A DNA stretch of 64,000 bases from Eledone cirrhosa (Eukaryota), in NCBI GenBank assembly GCA_964016885.1, contig OZ024741.1:191766001-191830000 (forward strand), in the 5' to 3' direction. How positions within the stretch are numbered: the stretch's first letter is position 1; every line of letters begins with the position of its first letter. The notes beneath the pieces are model-generated. The model searched no databases. It was not told the DNA's origin and worked only from the letters and a program-made list of their open reading frames with translations. A program made the position numbers and the translations under genes. Below are positions 25,769-39,520 of this stretch, piece after piece.

Positions 25769-26580
25769 GGGTACCCTATCAAAGTCCTTCTCTAGGTCAA
25801 CAAAAGCTAAGTATAGTGGCTTATTCTTCTCTAAGAACCTCTCTTGTAGTTGTCTCACCAAGAAGAGGGCATCTGTTATACAGACACAAAACCCAACTGC
25901 ATCTCATCTAATTTGACCCTTTCTCTAATCAGTTGTGCTAATATTCTTTCTGCCACTTTCATAACCTGATCCATCAGTTTTATGCCCCTATAATTGCTTC
26001 TCTCCAGAGCATCCCCTTTACCTTTGTAGCAATTTATGAGAATACTGCTGCACCAGTCTTTGGGTATGACTCCACTATATGTAGGCTGATTGACGATGCG
26101 TGCAACCAGTTTAGTTCCTACTTCTCCTGATGCCTTCAGCATCTCAGCAACTATCCCCGATGGTCCAGCAGCCTTACCATTTTGCATTTTCTTAATTGCC
26201 TCTTGGACCCTATATTCATCAATCTCAATAGCTGGTCCTTCTGTCTGGTCTACTGGGAGTAATTTCTCTCTCTCCCATTCTTTCTCCACATTCATCAGTC
26301 TCATAATGACATTTCCAGGCCTCCTTTTTCTGATCATTAGTGAAACTAAGTACACCAGCATCATTTCGGACACACTTATCTCCAACAACATCCTGATTTA
26401 CACTGACACACTACCTTGCAATGCAGAACACCGCACATCTCTGATCTTCCCGTCGCAGAACATTGGCAAACCTACTCTCAGCCTCCCTGCATGCTAAGTA
26501 CACCTGTCGTCTAGCTTCTCTTAGTGTATCGGTCTCTACTCCCACCATTTTTCCAAGCGTTCCATGCTAGTCTTTTGTCT
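25765..26580 (-). mobile_element. RTE LINE RT fragment
   Basis: KAAGPSGIVAEMLK, YKGKGDALERSNYRGIKL, MQLGFV. Confidence 0.85.
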
Positions 26581-27480
26581 TTATATATATATAATTATAA
26601 TTATAGCAATATATAGGCCACATTCCAATGCCAGAAATCAGTAAAAAAATATATTGATATATTTGTATGTATATATATTCATTTATTTATTTCGGACATT
26701 GGATTACGGCCATGATGGCACACTGCCTTCGAAGTTTTTTTAGTCATTCATATTGAGTTCAATACTTATTTTATTGATTTACATTTACTGAACTACTAAA
26801 TGACAATTTTGAGATGAAAGTGATATAAATGAACATTAATTTACATTAGTGAACAAATATATACTAATATAGACACACACACATGATGGACTTTCCATAC
26901 AGTTTTTAATTCCACTCACAAGTTATTGATACATGCACACATATTTACTTGTTTCATTCATTGGACTTAAGCCATGCTGAGGAATACTTTGAAGAGTTTT
27001 ATTTTGATACTTATTTTATTGATCTCTATTATTAATCAAATAACTAAGTTCCATTTTTGACATCTCCTAATCCATCCAATACTGTAGTAAACATAAAAAC
27101 AAAGACATATACATAAGTAGTTGCCATCTATTACATTTCTCTGACAAGGTATATATTACAAACTATTTTGAACATATTTCCTCAGTCAATTGTATTTCAT
27201 ATTTGCTGAAAATTATGGACCAGCCTTCAGGTCATTTTCTGCTAGCAATGTAGTGTGGATATTGATATACGCAAATCCGTGTAGGCAACACGGTAAAAAC
27301 CTCCCAGACCCACACTGTAAATGTGGTTGGTGTTAGGAAGGGCATCCAACTGTAGAAAACCTGCCAGACAGTCCTATGCGAGCAAGACAATCACTCTTGC
27401 CTCAAGTGGGAATACCCCCGTCCAAACCCATGCAAGCTTGGAACACGGACGTTAAATGTTGATGATGATGATGATGAAAT

Positions 27481-30400
27481 CATCATCATCGTTTAACGTC
27501 TATCTTCCACGCTAGCATGGGTTAGACGGGAGTTGTCCCACTTGAGGTAAGATTGGTTGGGTGACCGTGTCTTGCTCGTATAGGACTATCTGGCAGGTTT
27601 TCTACGGCTGGATGCCCTTCCTAACACCAACCACATTTACAGTGTGGACTGGGAACCTACACGGCCACATTACAGCGTGGACTGTGTGTGTGTGTTTTTT
27701 TTTTGTTGTGACACCTACGCAGTCTCATTTGTTTGGACTAGATGTTGTGGTACCAACATAATTTTATAGAGAAAGGGTGGTGTTGGCGGAAGTGGGAGGA
27801 TGGAGTAGGGGTAGTGGGTTGGGGTGTATGTTTGGTTTGGAGGGACCTATTGACTGTAGGTTAACTTTGCATGTAGGGAAAGTGGGTCTTGTGTAATACT
27901 GTGTGGCACCAAAGATCTCGAGGTTCAAGTGTGCAAGGTCGGACTTTATCATGTCATCCCAGGTTTTTCTGGATCTACCTACTCTGTAACTTCCATAAAT
28001 TTTGATCGCCCTGCACTTTTTTATACAGCTGTCACCTTTCATACGCATCACATGACCATACCAGTGTAATCTTCTCTCAAGTAAACAGCATCCGATCCCT
28101 CTTATTCCTAATTTCTCACTTAGTTCATTTAAGCATGCATGCTTCGTTCCTTTCCAGTCTGCACACAATGCCCATGTCTCACTGCCATGTAAGATTGCTG
28201 TTTGTATACAAGCATCATACAATCTACCTTTCATTTTTAGAGAGAAACCTTTTGTGGCCAACAGCGGTATAAGCTCTCTGAACTTTTTCAATCCCGTTCT
28301 AAGTCTGGCTACTGTACTTTCAGAACACCCACCACCACTGCTGATTTTGTCACCCAGGTAATGGAAAGTGTCCACTATTTCTATAGAACCATCTGGGCAG
28401 TAGAAGGAGATAGTATGCTGTGGGTACTTGCTACTTATTGCACCTGAGCATTGGCCACATAAAATCTACGTTCTTAGATAGCTTACCTGTGATCCCACTA
28501 CATCTTTTATGTGCCCATAGTTTGCATTTGGGACATAGAATGGAATTTCTGCCTACTCCTTTCCTACATACTGAGCATGGCCATTTCCCAGAAGGCACTT
28601 GTGTCCTATTTTCCTTTCTACATACTAGAACTTTAGTCTTAGATAAGTTAACTTTAAAGCCTTTTGATTCTAAGCCATGCTTCCATGTTTGGAATTTCTT
28701 CTCTAGTTCAGCCATAGATTCAGCTATGAGCATTGGATCATCTGCATATAGAAGTTCCCATGGGCAGCCAGTCTTAAACTCCTCTGTTATAGAATGAAGG
28801 GCAATAATAAACAGGATGGCGCTAAGGACAGAGCCTTGATGAACACTGACTTTTACACTAAATTCTTCACTATATTCATTGTTAATTCTAACCTTACTGA
28901 CTGTATCTTTATACATGGCTTGTATAGCTCTCACAATTCCTAGCTTTCAAAGGGCCCACCAGATAATGGAGCATGGGACTCTGTCAAAGTCTTTCTCCAA
29001 GTCAACAAAAGCTAAGTAGAGGGGTTTACTTTGAGCTAGGTACTTCTGTAGTTGTCGTACAAGAAAAAGAGCATCTGTCGTAGTTTTACCTGACACAAAC
29101 CCAAACTGCATTTCATCTAGATCAATTCGTTCTCTGATTAGTTGCGCTATAACTTTTTCTGTAACCTTCATGATCTGGTCAACTAACTAACTTAATGCCT
29201 CTATAGTTTCCCCTACCTAGAGCATCTCTTTTACCCTTGTATCAGTTAACGATGATGCTGCTATACCAGTTATTTGGTATGACCCCATCATTCCAGATGC
29301 TTACAACATCTCAACAACTATCTTCGAAGGCCCAGCCACCTTGCCTGTCTTCATATCTTTGATTGCCTTACTTATTATACAACCACTAACTTGCACCACT
29401 GGTCCCGCTATTGGATCAATTTAGGGCAGACTATCTTTTTCCCAGTTATTCTCCTCATTTAGTAGTCTCTCATAGTGACACTTCCAAGCTACCTTCTTAT
29501 CAGCATCAGTGATGGCAAGTACACCATCATTACAGACACACTTCTCCCCGACAATATCACGGTTTTCCTTGACACATTGTCTGGCAATCCTGAACACCTC
29601 ACATTTTTGGTCCTCACGTTGTAGAACATGCTTGAACTTTCTGTCCTCTACTTCCCTTCTTGCAAGGTACACTTGTCTCCTAGCTTCTCTCCTGGCCACT
29701 TGATAGTGTTCTCTACTTCCCCCATCTGCCATACTTTCCAAGCCTGCTTTTTGGCCTTGATTGACTCCTCCACCTTACTGTTCCATCACCAAGTTACTCT
29801 CCTCCTGCCTATAGGTCTGCTCCAGCCACAGATTTCATCTGTTTCCTTCGGCAGGTTAATTTTCAAAAATTCCCACTGAACCTCTATATTGTACGTCTCT
29901 TATTGCTCTTCCTTACTGTCAAAAGCATCAAGTAATAAGCTTTTAAATTTGTCACTGGCTGTGGGGTCCTTCAACTTCCATATTCTTCTCCTCGGGGTAG
30001 TCTTCCTCTGTTGTTGAGTACGTCTAGTCCTGACGATGAGGTCACTAACTATGAGGCTATGTTGGGAGGTGCATTCTTCACGGGGGAGGGACTTAGTGTT
30101 TACAACAGACACTCTGTCATGTCTTCTAGTAAGGATATAATCTATCTGGCTGGCGTGTTCCCCTTCTATAGGTGATCAAGTGATTGTCTCGTTTTTTGAA
30201 GTTTGTGTTACAGATAGTTAGGTTATTAGCATCACAGAATTCCAGGATTCTGAAGCCTTCCTCATTTCTAGTACCAAACCATAGCCTCCATGGATTCCAT
30301 CATAGCCATCACAATGTTGTCCAACATGACCATTAAGGTCATCAGCAATAATTATATAGTCACTGTTGGTTATTTGGGAGGTAGTGAACATTAGCAACTC

Positions 30401-30920
30401 ATAGAACCTGTCTTTTATAACGTCAAGTAGACCAGATTGGGGTGCATAAGCAGATATTATTGTCACAGTAGTTCTATTTAGAACAAGTCTTATTTTAATT
30501 ATTGTCATTCACTCTATTTACAGCAATTACCTTATCTACCCATTTTTCTGCTAACATAATTCCTACTCCACCCAGCCTGTTGTCATTTCCCACCCAGAAA
30601 AATGTATAGCATTGTTTTATACCCACAATGAATCTAGCAGACCCACCTCTCCACCTAGTCTCTTGAACACAACAAACATCAACTTCCTTACATTCAAGCA
30701 TCACTACAACCTCATTTGAGCAACCTTTCAATGTGCCTACGTTCATGGGACCAACTCTGAAGTTTTGGATGACGTTTGGCTGACGTTGGGTTGGAAGGGC
30801 AAGGAGGGGTGTGGGAGACGGAATTATGTTGGGCATCCATGTCTGAAATAAAAAGGGGCCCTTGCGTTCTCGTCTTGCAGCGGGAGGCGAATTTATCTTT
30901 ATCTGTAACATTGTCATTGA
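27481..30920 (-). mobile_element. Near full-length decayed RTE LINE (APE endonuclease + RT)
   Basis: NVGTL..CVQETRW, ISAYAPQ, DLNGHVG, SQHSLIV, AFVDLEKDFDRV, HQGSVLS, LLYADD, LHGSETW; microsatellite tail at 27481. Confidence 0.92.
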
Positions 30921-32209
30921 GTGTTCAAACTCTCCAAATTCCGCAATCCATTTAGCAAACCAAAAAGCAACCAGGTCTAAACTTAAGGAGTAATAACTGA
31001 GGTGGTGGCTTTGTTATACAGATTGGTAAGAGAACTTACTATAAACCACTGAGTTATGATTGAACCAAATAGCAATGGTGGTGTGTGGGGGTGGGAGGGC
31101 GAGCAATGGTGGTGTGTGGTTTAATGGTCAACATTAGAAGGTTAGTTTTTAGGAAGGGTCCAACAGAATGAGGCATATTATTAAAAACATGTGAATTAGA
31201 TAGCTAAATTCTGGCCTTAGAACCCTAGAGAGTTTATTTTATATTTACAGATTGGGGGGGGGGGGGGGGCGTGAGAAGATGCAAGCGTATAGACAATGTA
31301 TGAGAGGGAGTGAGCAGAAGAAGATTCTAGAAATAAAATAACAACAATGGGGTAACTTTAGGAGAAGGTTAGTTTTTAGGAAGGGTCCAACAGAATGAGG
31401 CATATTATTAAAAACATGTGAAATATTAACTGAAAATCCGAGAGAAAAAGAGAGATTAGATTCTAAACGTACATAAATAACAGATTAAATGACTGGTCAA
31501 ATGGACTACGAAAAATGGGAAGACAGACAAAAGTGGGTTGCTTACATTCTCAAATCAACAATTCGGCAGTAAAGAGAGATTAGATAGATAAATTCTGGCC
31601 TTAGAACCCTACAAAGTTTATTTTTTATTTGCGGAGAGAATAGGAGGGGGGGGGGGGCATGAGAAGGTGCAAGCGTATAGACAATGTATAAGAAGGAGTG
31701 AGGAGAGGTAGATTCTAGAAATATAATAAATATATATGCATATAGATATATGTCAAATGAAATCGTAATTGACTATAATGCACAGAAATTGAACGAAGTC
31801 TGTGTTACACTCTCTTCTGTAATCAGTAAAGTAATCCATGATACACTAAAAAAAGACAATATTATATATAAACCGCATATATAATAAACTAAAATGTTAT
31901 GAAAATAAAAAAGGAGAAAATTAGTGACAGAAATATAAGCCTTATATAGCGATGCGAATATATGAACGTTTATATAAGCGATGTGATGAGTGTTAGTTAT
32001 GATATAAGGGACGCTAACCGGAAGTATTGACATTTGAAAATTTTAAAGAAGTAAATTTTAAAATAAGCAATACTTTATACATAAGAATATTTATGTTTAA
32101 TGAAGAGCTACGAAATTTAGTAGATAAATTACATAATATTCATTCATTATTTATTCAAAGTAATCCAACTCATTTTACTAACGGGATAAAAAAAAATATA
32201 AAACGGATG

Positions 32210-32799
32210 CTGTCCCACATGCCCTTCCTAACGCCAACCACATTTACAGTGTGTGCTGGGTGCTTTTTGTCATGACTCCTTCACAACCACTTTACAGTGT
32301 CGACTGGGTGCTTTTTGTCGCAACACCTACACGACCACATTACCATGTGGACTGGATGCTTTTTATCATGACCACTTTACAATGCAGGCTGGATGCCTTT
32401 TTGTGATACCAGAATAACTTTAGAGTGCAAGGGTTGGAGTGGGGTGGGATGTATGGGAGGGAGTATAGTGATTAAGAAGAGCCTACAAGATGTACGTTTG
32501 AGTCCATGTACAGGGAAGGCGTGTCTTCTGTATTACTGCAAAACACCAAAGATCTTGACCTTATGTCTTTGAGAGGTGCAATTGCACAAGGTCAGCTTTT
32601 ATCACCTCGTTCCTGGGTCTTCCTACTTCATATCTTCCATCAATTTTGATCACCCTGCACCTTTTTACAACTGCCGTCCTTCATACGCATCACATGACCA
32701 AACCAATGTAATCTCCTCTCTAGTATACTGCATCTGATCCATTTTATGCTTAGTTTCTCTCTTAGTTCATTTACGCTTTGTCATTCGTGTATATTACTA
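32210..32799 (-). mobile_element. RTE LINE 3' fragment
   Basis: RRLHWFGHVMRM and the shared RTE 3' UTR. Confidence 0.75.
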
Positions 32800-35478
32800 C
32801 TAGCTGAATTACCCAGCGTTGCCCGGGTTACTTCTGTTCTTATTCAGATTAGTAAGCAATAAATATGAAGATATGTTTTTTTTCTCATAATTATTTCAAA
32901 ATATCTATATTTTATTAAAAATATATCAAAATTGTAATGATAATAGAATTTAGAAATGAAAATCTGTCAATTTTGAAGCACCTTAGGGTAAACAATATTC
33001 ATTGTGTAATGCTGTCCAAACGAATAAATTGTTTCTCACATACATATACTAAGACAGACACACATAGATATACATTCACGCAGACACACACACAACTTTT
33101 CACCTCATTTTTGGTCAGTTGCTACATATGTGTAGATGTGTGAGTGTATTTAATCACGAACCAATGGCGTGTTGTTTTCTATTGTTTTAATGCAAATGAA
33201 AATAAAATTTATCACACATACACTCACATATCAAGACAGACACACACAGACATACATTCATGCACAGCTACACTCTCGCATACATATACTAGGACAGACA
33301 CACACAGACATACACTCACGCAAACCTATTACTTGTCAGTCACCACATATGTAGATGTGTGTGTGTGTTTAATTGTCTGTGTGTGAAGATAATGTGTATG
33401 CAACTTACTAACTCTATATGTATGTGTGTGTTCCTCCTCGTACTTTTGATTATAACACCTCGTTGTAAACAATGTTCTTTGTTTTTCCGCGTCGTGCAAA
33501 TGCGAAAAGGTTTCCTATGCTCCCCACACAGGAACACCCAACGTACAATTGTTCGTGTGAGAAACATGTCTCTTCCAAGAAGTCCGGCGTCTGACCTTGG
33601 GATTTGTTAATGAACATTGCAAAGTTGACACGAATTGGAAATTGCAGACGTTTGAATGAAAAGGGAATTTCTGCTCCTGATGGAATGAAGATGTCATCAC
33701 TTTTTCCACATCCAGAAAGAATTGTTGCCTCGATAACATGTGACATCATTTTCTTTACCACCAATCGTGTCCCATTGCACAGTCTTGGGAGATCTAGATT
33801 CCTAAGCAGCATTACAGGAGTTCCAACTTTAAATCGTAATATGTGGGGAGGTAGTCCAGGAGGCTCCAATGAATTGAGAAATTCTGGAGGATAGTTCACC
33901 ACTTCATTGGGATCTGGGATTGTGTCGACAGACTTATGTGAAGATTTCCTGGAAGAGACAGCATTAACTGTTCATTGAGTTTATTAACAGCGATGTTTTT
34001 TGGAGCCATTATTGCTCTTTCGAACAGCCATTTGTGATTTTGGTAATTTTCTGTCAAGTTCGGAAACACTTGGTCTTTCAGCTCCTCCACAGAATGAACA
34101 ATGGTACAAAATGGCCAGACGTCTATTTCTCCGGCAGTGTTGAGAGGCACCTTGCCATCGCCAAGTATCAAAATGTCCTGTGCAAACCTGGCGGACATGT
34201 GGTCACCGTGTAGTTGAGCTCTCATGTTAGTGGTAAGAGTCAGGGTCGTAACGTGTAGCCACAATGGAGAGGATTTAAGGCACGCCTGGACTTTGAGAAT
34301 GACGGGAAGAGTCTGTCCGAAATCACCAGACAACAGAAGCATTACACCTCCCATTGGAGCATGACAATCTCTGATATCTCTAAGGGTTCTATCTACTGCT
34401 TCCAGAGCTCCTTTGTGGGCCATGGTGCACTCATCCCACACAATGAGATGACACCGTTTGAGGACCTGACCCTGGTCTAAGCTTTTACTGATGTTGCAGG
34501 TAGGTGTTTCAGATGTTGCTAAATTCAGGAGGAGTTTAAAAGTCGAGTGCGCTGTCCTGCCACCGGGCAGCAAACTAGCAGCAATCCCAAAGGAGGCAAC
34601 AGCTACCGTGATATCCCTATGCTGCCTAACTTTTGCAAGGAGCTTTCCTACAAAAGTTTTTCCTGTTCCTCCAGGTGCATCCAGGAAGAAGATACCTCCT
34701 TTTCGGTGGCGCACATGGTCAACAATAGTGCTGTAAGCCTGTTGTTGGTCCGGAAGTAGTTGTGGTTCAGTGTCAATAACATATTGGGAAAGAGCATCAA
34801 TGTTGTAGGATGCTGTGAGAAGTATGTTTGACCCTGTTCAGAATGTTTGGGGCAGGCCATATGTGGGAAAATCATTTCCACCGAGTGAAACAATCCTGTC
34901 TTCTATATCAATCAGTGCTCTGTTGTAGACCTCATCGCTGGTACCTTCCATGTCAGGGTACTGCAGTTGTGCCAGACGTTTAAAATCTTCAGAAAGATCA
35001 TCTCTGTACTTGAACCACAAATACGAAGGATTACACAATTCACATGTTTGCAACAATAATTTCAAATAGTATCAACTTTTCTTTGTTCTGTAAAATCAAA
35101 GACAGTAAAACGACTTATTGTTAAACCTTCAACTGATATACTTTGATCTATTGTTTAAGTCGGTGTGGGACGTCTCTCTCTCTCTCTAGAAAGAGATACA
35201 ATTAAAGTGTTAGATATTGAGAGAATATCTAACACTTTAATTGTATCTCTTTCTGCCTCTCCCTCTGTGTGTCTCAAAAATGATTTTTTTAGTCGATTTT
35301 TCTCTAATAGAGGACGCAGTAGACACAAATTTGAAATTTGAAAATGTAATGAGTTCGTACGAAGGTCAGGAGCATAACGCATATTTGTGCCAAATTTGAA
35401 GAAAATAGGTTGCAAGTTGTAGAAGTTACACGGAAACAGACACACACACACTCACACAGTCTATTTTATATATATAGA
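32800..35478 (-). mobile_element. Internally deleted Helitron retaining PIF1 helicase, both termini recognisable
   Basis: 5' A|TCTATATATATAAAA (35478); 3' hairpin ACCCGGGCAACGCTGGGT then CTAG|T (32800); [49 protein letters not shown]. Confidence 0.92.
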
Positions 35479-35783
35479 TAAAGGCAGTTATTTTTTCATT
35501 TCTAATGGCCAGGATTTACGAAAGTACATTATTGGAAGTATAAGGGGTTGTTAAGCTGTTTCGTGTGTATATATGTGTGCTTGCACTGAGGGCTAAATTT
35601 GGTGCGGTTTATTTTCGACCGGTCCAGTAGTCCAGTATATCATTGCAAAGTCCAAAGTAAATAGGTTAATAGTGGCCGAGTATATTCAAAAAGTGAAGGG
35701 AGGGGAAATTGATTAATTAATTAGTCAATTTCAAGCACTCTAGGTTATAGCCAAAGTTAGTCAGAACATAATAACATTTACAT

Positions 35784-35972
35784 TGTTATACTTTGGGAGG
35801 GTCATGTTGCCAATAAGAAACACAGACACCAGTTGCTTTCACTTCAATTTATTATATATTTATAAATTTATAAATTTCTGGTTGGTTGGTTGGTTCCACA
35901 ACCAGATAGTTGTTTATATATAGTCATAGTCCTTTCGTCACACACTCTACTATTATATATTGTAACCTCATG
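35784..35972 (-). mobile_element. Diverged PLE pseudo-LTR end with truncated hammerhead
   Basis: TGTTATACTTTGGGAGGGTCAT matches 5083/44731; minus strand ATGAg-gttaca..tgtgac-GAAA-ggac-TA lacks the CUG of the core. Confidence 0.55.
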
Positions 35973-35989
35973 CCGCGTCCTCGTAACAC

Positions 35990-36095
35990 AATGGAACCCT
36001 CTGTGATCGAGCCGGTGGGGCTGGACCGAGGGGACAGCAGAAGGCCAGGCGGTATGACCCTCTTCCCATTCCGCGGTGGTCTGGGATGCCATTTG
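35990..36095 (+). mobile_element. Short RLE-LINE fragment related to 24284-24798
   Basis: EPVGLDRGDSRRPGGMTLFPFRGG. Confidence 0.65.
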
Positions 36096-36107
36096 CTTAC
36101 TTTATTG

Positions 36108-38902
36108 CAGTGTTTCGAATTTCATCAGTCAAATAGTTGGCTTCTTTAGTGAGAAATGTGTGCCTGGCTTTTATTCATAATTTCTTCAATGTTTGGTCGA
36201 ATATGAGACAGACACACCCTCATTTCTTCTTCCGTTGTACGTAATCTCTCACGCTTCTTGCTTTTGATGTTGTTTAATGTTGAGAATCCTAATTCACATA
36301 TATAAGAAGTTGAAAATTGTAATAAGATTGCTAAAGCTCTTTTACATAATATGGGATACTCCTCTTGAATTGAAATCCAAAATGAATCAATGGGCAGAGT
36401 CGAATGTTTTAATTTTAACCCTCGGTCACTAGAAAGGATGGCCAATTCTTCTTCTTCCTGTAACTCAAGTTCAATGTTGGAAGAATGATTTATGAAAGGA
36501 TCTCTAATCCAATCATACTTTTCTGTCTTTAATGACAGAAAGTAATTGTTGATGCTTTCGTCCAGGGCTGTCAGATGAGTAACCACAAAAGGGATCATTT
36601 CTCTAATGCAGGTAAAACGCAATAAAGGGAACATATCAAGATTGCCAGTGATTCGTAATTTTCTTTTTGAGGGCAACTAACTTGTCTGTTGAAGTGAGAA
36701 TGTTTTCGTTTTTACCTTGCACACTACTGTTTGTTTTTATGATAGTAATTCCTTGTGCAGTTCGTGAACACAATTTAGTACTTTGACTTTCGACAGCCAG
36801 CGAACCTCAGTGTGCATTAATAACTTAACATGCTGAGAGTCCATCTCTTTGCACAGTTGTTCAAATAATCGTGACTTCAATGGCCTACTTTTTATATAAT
36901 TGACCATTCCAACTTGATGTAACACAACCTTTAAATCTTCCTGCGATATTTTTGAAACAAGAATTTCTCTATGTAGAAAGCAATGATACGAATGAGATTT
37001 GGATTTTCTTTTTCTACGAAGGATACAAATCCTTTAATACAGCCTGTCATACATGGGGCTTCATTGGTGAAAATGCCAACACAGGACTTCCAAGACAAAT
37101 TCATTTCTTTGAGGTAGCCTGTTATCAAATCAAAAATATCTTGATCACCTGTAGTTGTGGGCATTTCTTTAAGGCACGAAAAATTGATTGATTATTTCAT
37201 TCTCGTCAATAAAACGTACAAATGCAAGCAATTGACTTTTATTACTGATATTCATCCACGGTTAAAGCAAAATTAGAATTCTTAAACTTTTTCTGAACAT
37301 TGTCTTCAATATTTTTCGATATACTGGGATTCTTCTACGTATTGTATCATTTGGAAGCGGGATATTGTTCAATTCCTTCTCAGCCTTTTCACCAAACATG
37401 GATTTTACCATCTTTTTGCAAGCTGGGAGGATGACTGACTCAGCAAGCGTGTGGGATTTAGATTTTAATGCTATTATTTCAGCCACCTGAATTGACGCTA
37501 GTTGGGCTCGTTCAGACACGGTCATTATTTTTTCAAAATAACTTCGCTGTTTTGATTTCTGCTCTAACAGTCTTTGAAAGTAATCAAGCTTTTTATCTTT
37601 CAGAGATGAATGTTTTGAATTAAAATGTCTTTCTAACTTACTTGGTACCATGGATTCATTTGACATTGTTTCACCGCACACAACGCATGACCAATAAAAT
37701 CCAAATTTCAAATAATTTTCACAATATTGTCAATTAATGTTTCTCTTTTTGACAAAAAGGTTGATGGTTGTTCGCCTCTGGACTTAGACTCGTCACTAAT
37801 ACCTTTCCTTTTCAAATATTCATCCATTGTGAAGGGTCACGAAATATCAATATGACAGTTTTTGGTAGGAGTATCTATATTAAGATGACAATGTCTTTCG
37901 GTCCCACAAAGCCTTCTCTTTCGTGTACAAACACAGCAAAACAATGAAAATATGTCTTCTTAACTAAAATTAATGTTTTATAGCTGGAAATCATCAATTT
38001 TCGATGTATTATGCACAAAAATAGTCAATGTTTGATCACTGACAACACATCGTAAATCCGCCATTTTTGCTATGTTCCACACACTAGTAGACAGCTACAG
38101 GCCTCTACTATACCATCATTAGCATAAGACGATGAAACACTGGAACTCTCCAGTGTAAAAAGTCAGAAAATCAACCCATATTGAACAAGCAAATGCACAT
38201 CAAGCTTCCTTTTCGGCTACACTCGGTGAATGGCTTCTGCTGATTAGTCCAGTACATCACGTGACCACACTTTCCCCCATCACAATATAAACATGGCGTC
38301 CAAACTCACTCTTCCGATGGGATAATCCACCAGAAAATTAGGAAATTATGCCATATAGAGATGAAGCAAGACAAAATATATGTGAAGGGAAGCTAACATG
38401 GACTCATTAAGTAGCATGAACCAGAGAATTTTGAGCTAAATCATCGGAATCATCCATAGATTGTTCCGAAGCAAAGGAAGAAGCTGACATTTGTGTTTCT
38501 AATCTTTACAAGCAATTTTCTCAAAATGGGTACTTCTCAAAATTTCAAAGCTCTTTCTAGAAAATCTACTCGAAAGATTTGCTTGAAATTTTTAGAAGAC
38601 CTTCCTTATAAGAGTAGCTTCATCATGACAGAAGCCTTTTTTTTTAAATTCTGCCTTGGAAAAATGTATTGACCAATATCCATTCATATGATCAATACTA
38701 ATGACGAACGAAACAATAAAAGATATAGAATTTTTAACATTGCGACATTTGGAAACATTTCGCTCATCCCTAAATGAACAAAGCTATGTGGTGCAACATG
38801 TTACACCACAGACTGTGAATACTCAATTGGGATCACGTGGTTTTTTTACATTTTCTTAGTGTGCTGTTCAAAATTTCGTGGCACACTGGTTGAGAATCAC
38901 TG
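36108..38902 (-). mobile_element. hAT (Buster/Charlie, ZBED5-like) transposon with fragmented transposase
   Basis: CVVCGETMSNESMVPSKLERH, HTLAESVILPAC, LPNDTIRRRI, HTEVRWLS, FSTSYICELGFS..QAHISH; terminus CAGTGATTCTCAACC at 38902; left boundary uncertain. Confidence 0.85.
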
Positions 38903-39128
38903 TTTTAGCAACTCTGCCAATTTTCCACCTTGTGTGTGTATGTGTATTTATATATATATGAAAATATTCAGGACCCCGTTGGCTGAGCTCCTGCTATATC
39001 AGCAGTCAAAACGGCCGGAGCTCAGCCGTTGGGGTTCTGAATCTTTTCCTATTACCCACTCTACTACCCCAAGTATTGAGTACTCTGGTGGGTTATGGTC
39101 CACTTGGTATTTTACCACACCCTCTCCA

Positions 39129-39181
<53 letters not shown>

Positions 39182-39196
39182 TTTCGTATATCTCCA

Positions 39197-39241
<45 letters not shown>

Positions 39242-39342
39242 TTTCGTATCTCCAAAGAAATACAGTTTTAGGAAGCCTTAGCTATGCAAACACCAGGGGG
39301 CTAAAGCCCTCTGATGATGTCCAGCAGAAGCAAGGGGGACAA

Positions 39343-39384
39343 CCGTCTATGCATTTCAGGCTTAACTGGCCTTCGTCAGAACGG
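39343..39384 (-). ncRNA. Type I hammerhead ribozyme, intact core, extended stem I
   Basis: Minus strand: ccgtt-CTGACGA-aggc cagttaa gcct-GAAA-tgca-TA-gacgg. Confidence 0.88.
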
Positions 39385-39520
39385 TCCCTCCCTCCGCTTG
39401 CGACTGCTGGACTAGAAGACAGCTGAGAATAAATACTTTTCTCATCTATTGTATAAAGCTATGCTTGAAGCGAAATCCTATTTCTTTTTTATATATATAT
39501 ACATATTCGTATACATATAT

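Noticed and set aside
36100-36135. Minus-strand CTGATGA-aattc-GAAA
   Set aside because: No stem II, NUH or stem I pairing
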